A stretch of 64,000 nucleotides of DNA from Paraspadella gotoi (taxonomy: Eukaryota > Animalia > Chaetognatha), in contig CM119264.1 of NCBI GenBank assembly GCA_051294375.1, forward strand, positions 4,373,320 to 4,437,319, read 5' to 3'. Every line of letters begins with the position of its first letter. Position 1 is the first letter of the stretch. A program made the position numbers and the translations under genes. Under the pieces are notes generated by a model. It was not told the origin of the DNA. It made no database searches and saw nothing but the letters and a program-made list of their open reading frames with translations. This document shows, one piece after another, positions 1 through 12,870 of this stretch.

Positions 1-145
1 CATGTCTGTTTTACAATAAAAATAAAATCGTTGTCCAAACTAAACTCAAACTGTCTCTAATCGTCCCAAACAACAAAAAGAAATGATTTATGTCACAATA
101 TTCTTACTGAAATTAAGATTAAACTATGACGAAAAAATCCAAAGA

Positions 146-857
146 TTTTTAGTTGGATCTGCTTCTAGCAGATTCCGACTCTTTAATTCACTTTGTCGGT
201 CCGTCTGTCCAACCCCACAATCTTGTCAGTTATTCACTTAAATCATGTCAGAACATCAAATTATGATAAATTATGGAAAAAAATGTTCGTCCATCCGTCA
301 AAACCAAAGTCTGTCCGTCCCCCCTTAGCAAAAAACTCCAATAACTCGTGATTGGATTGATGGATTGAAATGAAATTTTGTGTGTGGGTAGGAAAGTGTG
401 TGATAAAGATGGATCTAAAGTTTCGATGGAAATGAGTTTAAATAGAAAAAACATAAATCACATTTACTTAAATATTTTTTCTAATTTGAACCCAAAATTA
501 CTCTAATTAATTATAATTGGATGTATAGATTGAGAAAAAATTTCGTGTGTTGGTAGGTTTTAAAGTTTAGATGGTATCGTGCGATTGGAAACGAGTGGTC
601 ATGGAAAAAATAAGTCAAATTAACTTAATTTTTTTTTTTATTTATGCATCCTCATAATTTATTAATTAATTATAGTGAAAAAGAGATGCAAGTTAAAAAA
701 ATAATAATAATTAAAAAATTATTTGTTTTTATTACTGGTTTGGTATGGTACGATCTGTTATGATCAGTTAGGATCACAAATTGAAAGAATTGTCGTCATT
801 TATCATCTGATAAGCTGATAACCGTAGGCAGATCCAACATTGTTTGCTCAAACTTGT
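146..857 (-). mobile_element. Non-autonomous Helentron/HINE (DINE-1-like) element, family A
   Basis: Terminal hairpin agttggatctgct-tct-agcagattccgact (151-180) beside a T-run, an adjacent gtcggtccgtctgtcc simple repeat, and matching subterminal motif gcagatccaac near the other end (~828-838); related ends at ~1200-1330 and 63281-63318. Confidence 0.6.
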
Positions 858-1199
858 ATTTTGTATGTGGGTAGGAAAGTGAGCGATTTAGTTAGATATA
901 AGGTTTCGGTGTAATCTTGCAAGCGGAAATAAAAAAAAAGTTATATTCATTCACTTGAAGTATTTTTAAGTTTTTTTCTCTATCTCTCTCTCTTGCTCTT
1001 TCTCTTGCTCTTTCTCTCTCTCTTGCTCTCTCTCAAAAAATTATATACTCGAAAAAAATTATACAAGTTGAATAAATTATTCGGGTAAGAAAAAGATGCA
1101 TGTTGAAAAAATTATGCAAGTCTAAAAAAATAATACTAGTTGAAAAAATTATTTGTGCCATAGTAACAGTTGCAAGCGATTTATATATATTGACGCTGC

Positions 1200-1330
1200 C
1201 ACTGGTTTGGTATGGTATGATAGGACATGGTAGGATCACAAATTGAAATAATTATCGTGATTTATCATCTGATTACCTGATTACCGCTTAATTATCGTAG
1301 GCAGATCCGATATTGTTTGCTCAAACTTTT
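1200..1330 (-). mobile_element. Partial second copy of family A end
   Basis: Diverged direct copy of ~733-857 (actggtttggtatggta...taggatcacaaattgaaa...gtaggcagatcc...attgtttgctcaaactt). Confidence 0.6.
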
Positions 1331-1343
1331 TAAGAATAGTAAT

Positions 1344-1347
<4 letters not shown>

Positions 1348-1410
<63 letters not shown>
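1348..1410. repeat. (CT)n microsatellite
   Basis: Direct reading. Confidence 0.95.
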
Positions 1411-1413
<3 letters not shown>

Positions 1414-1758
1414 ATCTCTCTCTCCTTTTCTCCCTTTCCCTTCTTTTTAGCAGGCGAGCTCGCTCAGCCTCGGCATCTCTAATAGATTTTGCGGAGTTAA
1501 ACTATTTTGAGATTCGTCCCGTGGTACTATTAACATAATAATCATTGTCGCTCTCTCTCTCTCTCTTTCTCTCTCTCCCTCTCTCCCCGCTCGTGACCTT
1601 GACAGAGAGCACAAAATAACGCTCTCCGATTGGTCTCTCACGTCCGAACCAGTCCGTGCACCCGTCCGTCGGTCCGTTCCTCCGTTTGTCGGTCAGTCCG
1701 GATTAGGGAATGAGTGGCGCAGTCAGCTTTGGTCGTCTCCGTCGAACTTTTTTCTCCT

Positions 1759-1768
1759 GCCGCTGCCT

Positions 1769-1806
<38 letters not shown>

Positions 1807-1812
1807 TCCGCC
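1759..1812. repeat. (GCC)n microsatellite
   Basis: Direct reading. Confidence 0.95.
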
Positions 1813-2004
1813 GAAGACCACCGAATCCCATCCCGAAAAAAAAAAGAGAACGACTGAAGAGGCCCATGAAAAAATCTTTTATCCTTTGACAACAAAAAAT
1901 GAAAAAGGAGGGAAACATCTCCCGAATTCATCCTTTGCGCTTTTGTTGACAGGAATTTCTCCGGTTGCCACTAGAGGCCGCGTTGTAGAAGAGGGAAACA
2001 GCGG

Positions 2005-2021
2005 GAGAGAGAGAGAAGAGA

Positions 2022-2082
<61 letters not shown>
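2005..2082. repeat. (GA)n microsatellite
   Basis: Direct reading. Confidence 0.95.
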
Positions 2083-2085
<3 letters not shown>

Positions 2086-3012
2086 AACGCTCGGAATCCC
2101 AAAAATCCGAAGGAGATTTATTTTTTTCAGTTAATAGAATTTTTTATGTGGAGTTTTATATGTGCGCAGTAAGTATAAGTTAAAAAAATATGCGGGATTT
2201 TTGAAAGATTTTCGAGGAAATTTGAGAGGGAAAAAATCTCATCGGTCACGTTTTTGAAAAATAGAGGAAAGGAAAGAAGGAAAGTAAAAGGAAAGAAGAA
2301 AGAAAAGAGAAAGATTTAAAGGTCGAGAGGGAAAGTTAATGAGAAGAAATTTGGAGGAAAGGAAAGAAGAAAAAAAGAGAAGAAAAAGATTTCAAGGTAT
2401 AGAAAAGAAAAATTAACGAGAAGAAATTTGGAGAAAAGGAAAGAAAGAAAAGAAAGGAAAGATGATGAAGAGGTGGAAAAAGTAGGAGGAAGAGGAGCTG
2501 ATAAAGAAGAGGACGAAATCAGTGGATCAAGAAAAACGTACAGAAGGACAGACGAATAAAAATAGGAAAAAAATACACGAGAAAAAAACAAAAAACCAAA
2601 AACAAAAAAAGTAAAAAGGAATTAAATGTTTCAGATTTAGGGGACGAAATGAATTAGAAATTGTTTAAAAAAGTGCATACTTAAGGTTGCTAAAAAATAA
2701 AAAGCAATATAAATTAATTAAAAGTAATAAAAAGGCATTGAATTAGTACTAGTGTTTCTCACAAGAAAATAGAAAAACAAGAACGGTGATTCCAATGTGT
2801 TGCGCCGCAGTGACTTTATTTTCACATGTATTTCTCTTTGATCATATGATATAACATAATATGATATAACATGACATGACTAAAAAATCGTCTTAGCCCT
2901 TGTATTTATGACATGCACTGCATCGAAATTCTGTCTTTTATTCCCTATAGTTTTAGAAATTCCAGAATGCGGCGCTAGCAGTCACTTAGATTTGAGGTCT
3001 TTTTTTCCTGTG

Positions 3013-3158
3013 TTAACAAATGAGCAACCAACTATAGGTGAATCATAAGCATTGTTTTACGCAAGTGAGACAGACCGACGGACAGACATACCCACCGACA
3101 GACCGACCGAAAAGTGACTTATAGAGTTGCTCCGCTAGTACTCGCGGCGCAACTAAAA
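3013..3158 (+). mobile_element. Short Helentron/HINE-like element, family B
   Basis: 5' gagcaacc-aactatag is inversely related to 3' cttatagagttgctc; internal cagaccgacggacagac simple repeat; terminal hairpin agttgc...gcaact followed by aaaa; mirror copy ~17506-17655. Confidence 0.6.
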
Positions 3159-3237
3159 TCCATTCAACGACCTAAACATCTTCTCTCTTCCAAAATAGGA
3201 AGCAAAGAAAACCACGGTGTCAGCGGCAGGCTTTTCT

Positions 3238-3269
<32 letters not shown>

Positions 3270-3445
3270 AGCGGCCTCGAAACTGGCTTCAGCCATTTCC
3301 CTCCTCGTAATCCCGGTTTTCCGGAAGATATAATCCACTCAGAACCGCGCATTGATTTATTCTCGTTTCCTTTCCGTTTCCTCTTTTCCTCTTTTCCTCT
3401 TTTCCTCTTTTCCTCTTTTCCTCTTTTCCTCTTTTCCTCTTTTCC
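3238..3445. repeat. (GGC)n run (3238-3272) and (TTTTCCTC)n run (3378-3445)
   Basis: Direct reading. Confidence 0.9.
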
Positions 3446-3698
3446 CGTTTTCGCGTTTCTGGTTTCATCGCGAAAAGCGAAACTACGATTTCGAATCCAA
3501 ACCAGAGATAGAATTCGTCGGAGAAAATTTAATCGATCAATCAGTCATTCAATCGGTCAATTTATGAATAAATGCATTTATAGATGAATGAATCGATCAA
3601 CTAGAAGGATAAATTAATAAAGAAAAGGAAAATTGATGAATGAATCAATCAAAATTGCTTATTTAATCATTAAATCAATCATTTAATCAACGAGTCAA

Positions 3699-3729
<31 letters not shown>

Positions 3730-4139
3730 ATANNNNNNNNNNNNNNNNNNNNNNNNNGAATGATTGAATGAATGAATGAATGAATGAATGAATGAATAAT
3801 GACATGAAATAAATAAAATTTAAATAAATAATAAATAATAAATAATAAATAAATAAATAAATAAATAATATAAATAAGAAAATAAAAGATAAATAAAAAA
3901 ATTAAAAAAATTAAAAAAATTTTTAAAAAAAAAATAAAATAAAAATAATTAAAATAAATAAAAATAAATAAAAATAAATCAATCAATCAATAAATCAATT
4001 TTTCTTTCTTAATTTTTCGCAACCAATTACGCAATTTTGTGTTTCCTTTGTTTTCTCTTAAGAAAAAAAAAAAAGAAACTAAATGATTTTAGAAGATAAA
4101 TCAAATACACTGGTAAATCTAATGCTCTACAATTCTTCC

Positions 4140-4640
4140 TCTACTCCAACTTAACCTACCTTCTTACTCCTAACTAAACCTTCTCTCAAACTAACCTTTC
4201 TCTACCTAACGCTTCTCTCCTACCTCTCCAACTACTTCTTCTCACCTAACCTTCTCCATGTCCTCACAACCTTCCACAACCTTTCTTCTCACTAACCCTT
4301 CTCTCAACTACCTCACTACCTTCTCACTACCTTCTCTCCCTACTCTCCACTACTTCTTCACCTATCTTCTCAACCTCTCTCAACCTAACCTTCTCTCACT
4401 TTTACCTTACCTTCTCTCAACCTACCTTCTCTACAACCTTTCAAACACCTTCTCTCTAACTCTACACCCTTTTCAACTAACTTCTCTCACCTAAAACTTC
4501 TCTCACCTAACTTCCTCAACTAACCTTCTCACCTACTTCTTCACCTAACCTTCTCTCATACTACCTACCTAACTTCTCTCACTAACTTTAACTACTTCTC
4601 TCACACTAACCTTCTCTCAGCCTAACCTTCTCCTACTCAA
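4140..4640. repeat. 15-bp minisatellite (CTAACCTTCTCTCAC)n
   Basis: Degenerate tandem units; cleaner units flank the gap at 8715-9000; reverse-complement copy at ~16170-16545. Confidence 0.9.
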
Positions 4641-4920
4641 ACATGAAAACCTACCATTTCTCCATTCCTTTCTCTTCACCTCACCCGGAACCACAGACTA
4701 TTCATTCGACCTACCTTTGTCCTCACCCCAACCCCTTTTCCCCTTACCGATCTCGCTTCGATTAGGGTTAAGCAGAAATTGATGAATCTCTATCATCTTC
4801 AAAGCGGAAGAAAAGGAACTGGGCGGAGAAAGACTTCGGGGTTCCGTTCTTTTGTATGGGAAGAGAAAGAGAGAGAGAAAGAGAGAGAGAAGAGAGAGAG
4901 AGAAGAGGAGAGAGGAGAGA

Positions 4921-4963
<43 letters not shown>

Positions 4964-5475
4964 TCTATTTTCTCTTTCTCCGGTTATATTATTCCTAAAA
5001 CCGCCGATTTATCGATTCAACCATTTATTATCTTTTAGCGTAACGGGAGAAGACTGACAGAAAAAAGATAAGGAGAGACAGAAATGAGGGCGTATAGGTT
5101 GAAAGTGTGTTGAAAAAACGGTTAGATGGGAATAGATAGATCTATTAGATTATCATAAGCCCAAAGCTGTAGGTAGGTAGAAAGACAACGCGAGATAAGG
5201 ACAAAAAAATAAGACAAAAAGGTTGAAAGCGAGAGAAAGAGAACTGGCGGATAGAAAGACAGACAAACTCGTATAAAACGTCTATTTGCCTTCTCCGTCG
5301 CCACCCGCAAAACAAAAGGCAAAGAAAACTGAGAGTCATGACGACATTTTTCAGAACAATTGAACAAAAAAAAAAGGAAAAAAATATTTCCAAAAAAATA
5401 TCCATTCACAAGACGTGAAAACCTTTGGCTTGAACTCGAGGGAAAAAAAAGAAACTGTTGAGCGACTGTAAAATG

Positions 5476-5526
<51 letters not shown>

Positions 5527-5697
5527 CTCTCTCACTCTCATCTCCTCTCTTCTCTCAATCCGCTCTCTCTCTCTCAAAGCCCCCCGAAGAATTTTACGAC
5601 GTGGAAGAAAAGTGGATGAAAGTCAATGAAAGACTCATGAAAAAAGTCCTTGAGAACAATGACCGCGAATATTTCAAGGCTTAGCAGGGTCTCCTAG

Positions 5698-5746
<49 letters not shown>

Positions 5747-5801
5747 GAGAGAGAGAGAGAGGAGAGAAGTACTTTCTTTCTGTCTTAAAGCCGTTCCCTT
5801 C

Positions 5802-5833
<32 letters not shown>

Positions 5834-7679
5834 CTCTCTCTATCTCTCTCTATCTCTTCTCTCTCTTCCCTCTCCCTCTCCCTCTCCTCTCCCTCTCCTC
5901 TCCTCTTTTCACTGTCCCATTCATCCATCATCATCCTTCCAAATCCACCTGCGTGCCGGATTTTTCTTCAACTCCCGCGCCGCCGCAGCCGCCGCAGCCG
6001 ACGCCGCCGCTGCTGCGCGACTAAACAACACAAGAACAACAACGGGACGAGACATACGCAAGCAAGCCAGAATCCTCCCCGCCCTCTGGAATGAATCTGT
6101 AATGATATATTCCCTTCGGGGGCGGACGAGGAAGACGACGACGACGAAGACGACGACGAAGACGAAGACGATCGAACGAAGACGACGACGAAAGACTGTC
6201 CGTTGCAAACAAACGTCTATTAATTACAGAACCCACGCCGATGGATAATCGAACAGGAATATTCCGAAGACGACGACGACGACGACTACGATGACCACGA
6301 CGACGACGATGATAATGATGGGGGAGTCTTCGGAGTCATAGACGACAACAATAACACAAGACGACGGCATCTGCCAAACGAATATCTGCAAATATGATCC
6401 ATGAGATCCGAGTTTTTGTCTATTGATTTATCGATGAGCAGCGGAATCGATCATCATTGATGCTATTTTAGTGAAACCCATTTTTTTTTATATCTCGAAG
6501 GTCGACGGGAATTTATATCCGGACGAGAATTGAGAGAATCGTCTCTCCTCGCTGGGAAAGAGTACAGTGCAGTATGGTGCAATGAGACGAATACAGTGCG
6601 AAGTGGATATTTAAGGTTTTTCTCTCGTCAGCCGATCACCCTGGTACCTATTAAATGAATTTGTCTTTGTAATTGTTCAAAATATTTTTTTGGATAGTAC
6701 AGATAAGAAAGTCATTAATGGCTCTTTAAAAATGTGAAAGCAATCAATAGGAAGCAAGCAATCGGCAAGCAAGCAAGCAAGCCTAACACGATTTGAAATC
6801 TAGTTACCGAGAGTACCTACGATTCACATTTCAAAGTTCAACGCACTACTTAGCTAGAAACCTTACTTTCGCCCTTGCTCTTAATTTGTTCCTCACCTTA
6901 ACTCTGAGAAGACCCGGCGTCGTAGACGAACAAAAGGACAACGAAATCGACGAAGAAAAAAAAACGAATACATGGATATGAGTTAGACGACCACGACGAT
7001 GATGAAGAAGACGACGAAGATGATGACTATGATGAGTTGACGACGGGGCAATCATAACGACAACAACGACAAAGAAGACGATGATTACGAAGACGAAGAA
7101 GCCTACGACGACATCAATGATGATTTAAAGACGACGACACGACGACGACGACGACGACATGGATTCATAATTTATGAGATCCAAGAGTCGACGGATTTCG
7201 TCCGCAACAAAAAATCTCTTCGTCTCAGAAAAAAAAAAGTGGCGTCGGTGATAAATAAACTTCGTCGAGGAAAATTTCAGAATAAACAAACGCCTGAGGC
7301 CAAACTCACCTTTTTTATGTTTTATGTTCTTCTTCTTTTTTCATTTTTTCTCTCTTTCTATTGATATCCGTTCCTATCCTTTTTTTATTTTTCATTTTTC
7401 ATTCACCTTAAATTTATTTTCTACGCAGCGTCTGTTTCTGTTTCTTATTTCTCTCCCGGTTATAACTTGGTGGGGGGAAAGTTGAGAAAAGGTTTTAAGT
7501 TGAAAAATCTCATCTCATTTAAGGTCATTTTTGGTTGGTATAGGTACGATGGGACTGGTAAACTTGTACCACCATTTTCCCCACCGGTGCTGTTTGCCGA
7601 GTATTACGTCGACCCAAAAGAGGCCTCCGGTGGAGTCGCAGGAAGTGCAGACTCAGAATAGACACATAGCGGACATCGC

Positions 7680-7830
7680 GTTCGATGAAATTGAACTTTA
7701 CAGCATCAAAGCTCGACGGCATCCGACTTTTTCAGCATCGTGCTCAACATAATTGACTTTTGTAGCATCAAATCTGGAACCGCTTCGACTTTTCAGCATC
7801 GTGCTCAATAAAGTTGACTTTTTCAACATA
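7680..7830. repeat. Degenerate 30/31-bp tandem repeat (61-bp higher-order period), about 5 units
   Basis: Recurring gacttt(t)..agcatc core; tgctcaa recurs at 61-bp spacing; copies at ~12061-12211 and ~26550-26700. Confidence 0.85.
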
Positions 7831-8489
7831 GGTCGTCGGCTTTTCATTTCCGCGAATTTTTGCCGACGTAAATCGTCGATTTTCGTGCGTCGACGATTAA
7901 AAAGGTCGCGGGTTCGAATCCCGGCAAATGTCAGCGGTTCCGGCAGAAAATAGAAAAAACCGAAATAAAAAAAAATAACAAAAAACCGAATATTCTGTTT
8001 CTCGTTTTCATCGAGTTTCGTGTCGCGTGTTTTATCTTCTGTTTATATTTGGTTTAAAATACATTTTATTAGAAAAGTAAAATCGTAAAAAAGGAATTGT
8101 GAGGAATAGAAACTAATGTTCATTACATTCTTACCATTATCCTGATTAGTGAATTCGCTTCGTTTCTCTTTCGCTTCTCACGTTCTCACTCCCTTCCACA
8201 TTTCCTCAGGGAGCAGAACAACAACAACAACAAACAAAAGAAGTTCTGTTTTCTCTGTTTTCGTCTACAGAGTCGTAGATACATACATATTAGTTTTTAT
8301 GGGTTGAAAATAGAAACCTTAAATAAAAATATTACAAAAAATCGTTACAAAATATACATAGTTACTCGGGTGTTTCTATTCTTTGTACACCAAAGTTTTC
8401 GTTGAATAATATATAAATGGCGTCATACGTTTTCTTTTCGCGAAAAAAACTATCAATTAACACTTAATCAAAAAAAAATTGATATAATA

Positions 8490-9301
8490 TTTTTAAAAAA
8501 ATAAAATAAAAATAATTAAAAATAAATAAAAATAAATAAAAATAAATCAATCAATCAATAAATCAATTTTTCTTTCTTAATTTTTCGCAACCAATTACGC
8601 AATTTTTTGTTTCCTTTGTTTTCTCTTTAGAAAAAAAAAAAGAACTAAATGATTTTAGAGATAAATCAATACACTGGTAAATCTATGCTCTACAATTCTT
8701 CATCCTCTACTCCAACTTAACCTAACCTTCTTTCACCTAACCTTCTCTCACCTAACCTTCTCNNNNNNNNNNNNNNNNNNNNNNNNNNNNNNNNNNNNNN
8801 NNNNNNNNNNNNNNNNNNNNNNNNNNNNNNNNNNNNNNNNNNNNNNNNNNNNNNNNNNNNNNNNNNNNNNNNNNNNNNNNNNNNNNNNNNNNNNNNNNNN
8901 NNNNNNNNNNNNNNNNNNNNNNNNNNNNNNNNNNNNNNNNNNNNNNNNNNNNTAACCTTCTCTCACCTAACCTTCTCTCACCTAACCTTCTCCTAACTCA
9001 ACAGAAACCTCACCATTTCTCCATTCCTTTCTCTTCACCTCACCCCGGAACCAGACTATTCATTCGACCTTACCTTTGTCCTCACCCCAACCCTTTTCCC
9101 CTTACCTCGATCTCGCTTCGATTTAGGGTTAAGCAGAATTGATGATCTCTCATCTCAAAGCGGAAGAAAGAATCTGGGCGGAGGAAAGACTTCCGGGTTC
9201 CGTCTTTTTTGGTAGGGAAGAAAAGAGAGAGAGNNNNNNNNNNNNNNNNNNNNNNNNNAAAGAGAGAGAGAAGAGAGAGAGAGAAGAGGAGAGAGGAGAG
9301 A

Positions 9302-9344
<43 letters not shown>

Positions 9345-9856
9345 TCTATTTTCTCTTTCTCCGGTTATATTATTCCTAAAACCGCCGATTTATCGATTCA
9401 ACCATTTATTATCTTTTAGCGTAACGGGAGAAGACTGACAGAAAAAAGATAAGGAGAGACAGAAATGAGGGCGTATAGGTTGAAAGTGTGTTGAAAAAAC
9501 GGTTAGATGGGAATAGATAGATCTATTAGATTATCATAAGCCCAAAGCTGTAGGTAGGTAGAAAGACAACGCGAGATAAGGACAAAAAAATAAGACAAAA
9601 AGGTTGAAAGCGAGAGAAAGAGAACTGGCGGATAGAAAGACAGACAAACTCGTATAAAACGTCTATTTGCCTTCTCCGTCGCCACCCGCAAAACAAAAGG
9701 CAAAGAAAACTGAGAGTCATGACGACATTTTTCAGAACAATTGAACAAAAAAAAAAGGAAAAAAATATTTCCAAAAAAATATCCATTCACAAGACGTGAA
9801 AACCTTTGGCTTGAACTCGAGGGAAAAAAAAGAAACTGTTGAGCGACTGTAAAATG

Positions 9857-9907
<51 letters not shown>

Positions 9908-10078
9908 CTCTCTCACTCTCATCTCCTCTCTTCTCTCAATCCGCTCTCTCTCTCTCAAAGCCCCCCGAAGAATTTTACGACGTGGAAGAAAAGTGGATGA
10001 AAGTCAATGAAAGACTCATGAAAAAAGTCCTTGAGAACAATGACCGCGAATATTTCAAGGCTTAGCAGGGTCTCCTAG

Positions 10079-10127
<49 letters not shown>

Positions 10128-10182
10128 GAGAGAGAGAGAGAGGAGAGAAGTACTTTCTTTCTGTCTTAAAGCCGTTCCCTTC

Positions 10183-10214
<32 letters not shown>

Positions 10215-12870
10215 CTCTCTCTATCTCTCTCTATCTCTTCTCTCTCTTCCCTCTCCCTCTCCCTCTCCTCTCCCTCTCCTCTCCTCTTTTCACTGTCCCA
10301 TTCATCCATCATCATCCTTCCAAATCCACCTGCGTGCCGGATTTTTCTTCAACTCCCGCGCCGCCGCAGCCGCCGCAGCCGACGCCGCCGCTGCTGCGCG
10401 ACTAAACAACACAAGAACAACAACGGGACGAGACATACGCAAGCAAGCCAGAATCCTCCCCGCCCTCTGGAATGAATCTGTAATGATATATTCCCTTCGG
10501 GGGCGGACGAGGAAGACGACGACGACGAAGACGACGACGAAGACGAAGACGATCGAACGAAGACGACGACGAAAGACTGTCCGTTGCAAACAAACGTCTA
10601 TTAATTACAGAACCCACGCCGATGGATAATCGAACAGGAATATTCCGAAGACGACGACGACGACGACTACGATGACCACGACGACGACGATGATAATGAT
10701 GGGGGAGTCTTCGGAGTCATAGACGACAACAATAACACAAGACGACGGCATCTGCCAAACGAATATCTGCAAATATGATCCATGAGATCCGAGTTTTTGT
10801 CTATTGATTTATCGATGAGCAGCGGAATCGATCATCATTGATGCTATTTTAGTGAAACCCATTTTTTTTTATATCTCGAAGGTCGACGGGAATTTATATC
10901 CGGACGAGAATTGAGAGAATCGTCTCTCCTCGCTGGGAAAGAGTACAGTGCAGTATGGTGCAATGAGACGAATACAGTGCGAAGTGGATATTTAAGGTTT
11001 TTCTCTCGTCAGCCGATCACCCTGGTACCTATTAAATGAATTTGTCTTTGTAATTGTTCAAAATATTTTTTTGGATAGTACAGATAAGAAAGTCATTAAT
11101 GGCTCTTTAAAAATGTGAAAGCAATCAATAGGAAGCAAGCAATCGGCAAGCAAGCAAGCAAGCCTAACACGATTTGAAATCTAGTTACCGAGAGTACCTA
11201 CGATTCACATTTCAAAGTTCAACGCACTACTTAGCTAGAAACCTTACTTTCGCCCTTGCTCTTAATTTGTTCCTCACCTTAACTCTGAGAAGACCCGGCG
11301 TCGTAGACGAACAAAAGGACAACGAAATCGACGAAGAAAAAAAAACGAATACATGGATATGAGTTAGACGACCACGACGATGATGAAGAAGACGACGAAG
11401 ATGATGACTATGATGAGTTGACGACGGGGCAATCATAACGACAACAACGACAAAGAAGACGATGATTACGAAGACGAAGAAGCCTACGACGACATCAATG
11501 ATGATTTAAAGACGACGACACGACGACGACGACGACGACATGGATTCATAATTTATGAGATCCAAGAGTCGACGGATTTCGTCCGCAACAAAAAATCTCT
11601 TCGTCTCAGAAAAAAAAAAGTGGCGTCGGTGATAAATAAACTTCGTCGAGGAAAATTTCAGAATAAACAAACGCCTGAGGCCAAACTCACCTTTTTTATG
11701 TTTTATGTTCTTCTTCTTTTTTCATTTTTTCTCTCTTTCTATTGATATCCGTTCCTATCCTTTTTTTATTTTTCATTTTTCATTCACCTTAAATTTATTT
11801 TCTACGCAGCGTCTGTTTCTGTTTCTTATTTCTCTCCCGGTTATAACTTGGTGGGGGGAAAGTTGAGAAAAGGTTTTAAGTTGAAAAATCTCATCTCATT
11901 TAAGGTCATTTTTGGTTGGTATAGGTACGATGGGACTGGTAAACTTGTACCACCATTTTCCCCACCGGTGCTGTTTGCCGAGTATTACGTCGACCCAAAA
12001 GAGGCCTCCGGTGGAGTCGCAGGAAGTGCAGACTCAGAATAGACACATAGCGGACATCGCGTTCGATGAAATTGAACTTTACAGCATCAAAGCTCGACGG
12101 CATCCGACTTTTTCAGCATCGTGCTCAACATAATTGACTTTTGTAGCATCAAATCTGGAACCGCTTCGACTTTTCAGCATCGTGCTCAATAAAGTTGACT
12201 TTTTCAACATAGGTCGTCGGCTTTTCATTTCCGCGAATTTTTGCCGACGTAAATCGTCGATTTTCGTGCGTCGACGATTAAAAAGGTCGCGGGTTCGAAT
12301 CCCGGCAAATGTCAGCGGTTCCGGCAGAAAATAGAAAAAACCGAAATAAAAAAAAATAACAAAAAACCGAATATTCTGTTTCTCGTTTTCATCGAGTTTC
12401 GTGTCGCGTGTTTTATCTTCTGTTTATATTTGGTTTAAAATACATTTTATTAGAAAAGTAAAATCGTAAAAAAGGAATTGTGAGGAATAGAAACTAATGT
12501 TCATTACATTCTTACCATTATCCTGATTAGTGAATTCGCTTCGTTTCTCTTTCGCTTCTCACGTTCTCACTCCCTTCCACATTTCCTCAGGGAGCAGAAC
12601 AACAACAACAACAAACAAAAGAAGTTCTGTTTTCTCTGTTTTCGTCTACAGAGTCGTAGATACATACATATTAGTTTTTATGGGTTGAAAATAGAAACCT
12701 TAAATAAAAATATTACAAAAAATCGTTACAAAATATACATAGTTACTCGGGTGTTTCTATTCTTTGTACACCAAAGTTTTCGTTGAATAATATATAAATG
12801 GCGTCATACGTTTTCTTTTCGCGAAAAAAACTATCAATTAACACTTAATCAAAAAAAAATTGATATAATA
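8490..12870 (+). repeat. Tandem direct copy of ~3920-8490
   Basis: Constant 4381-bp offset of identical ORF peptides (5122 to 9503, 6793 to 11174, 7753 to 12134). Confidence 0.95.

Larger units (their letters stand above)
1..6619 (+). repeat. Left arm of large inverted duplication (mirrored at ~14193-20755)
   Basis: ORF-track peptides at 5122-5577(-), 5921-6208(-) and 6021-6236(-) recur identically on + at 15235-15690, 14604-14891 and 14576-14791; position 1 motif recurs reverse-complemented near 20700-20755. Confidence 0.95.

Noticed and set aside
1317-6236. ORFs rich in SL, ER, poly-A/G/R/P and FL repeats
   Set aside because: They are translations of CT/GA, GCC and T-rich microsatellites, open in several frames with no domain signal.
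7680-7830. Regularly spaced repeats as a CRISPR array
   Set aside because: Units are contiguous degenerate tandem repeats without unique spacers; eukaryotic context and no cas genes.
7905-7927. tRNA T-arm/B-box gcgggttcgaatcccggc (also at ~12290, ~26776; similar on minus at ~32370-32390)
   Set aside because: No cloverleaf or A-box could be built; at most a SINE or tRNA relic.
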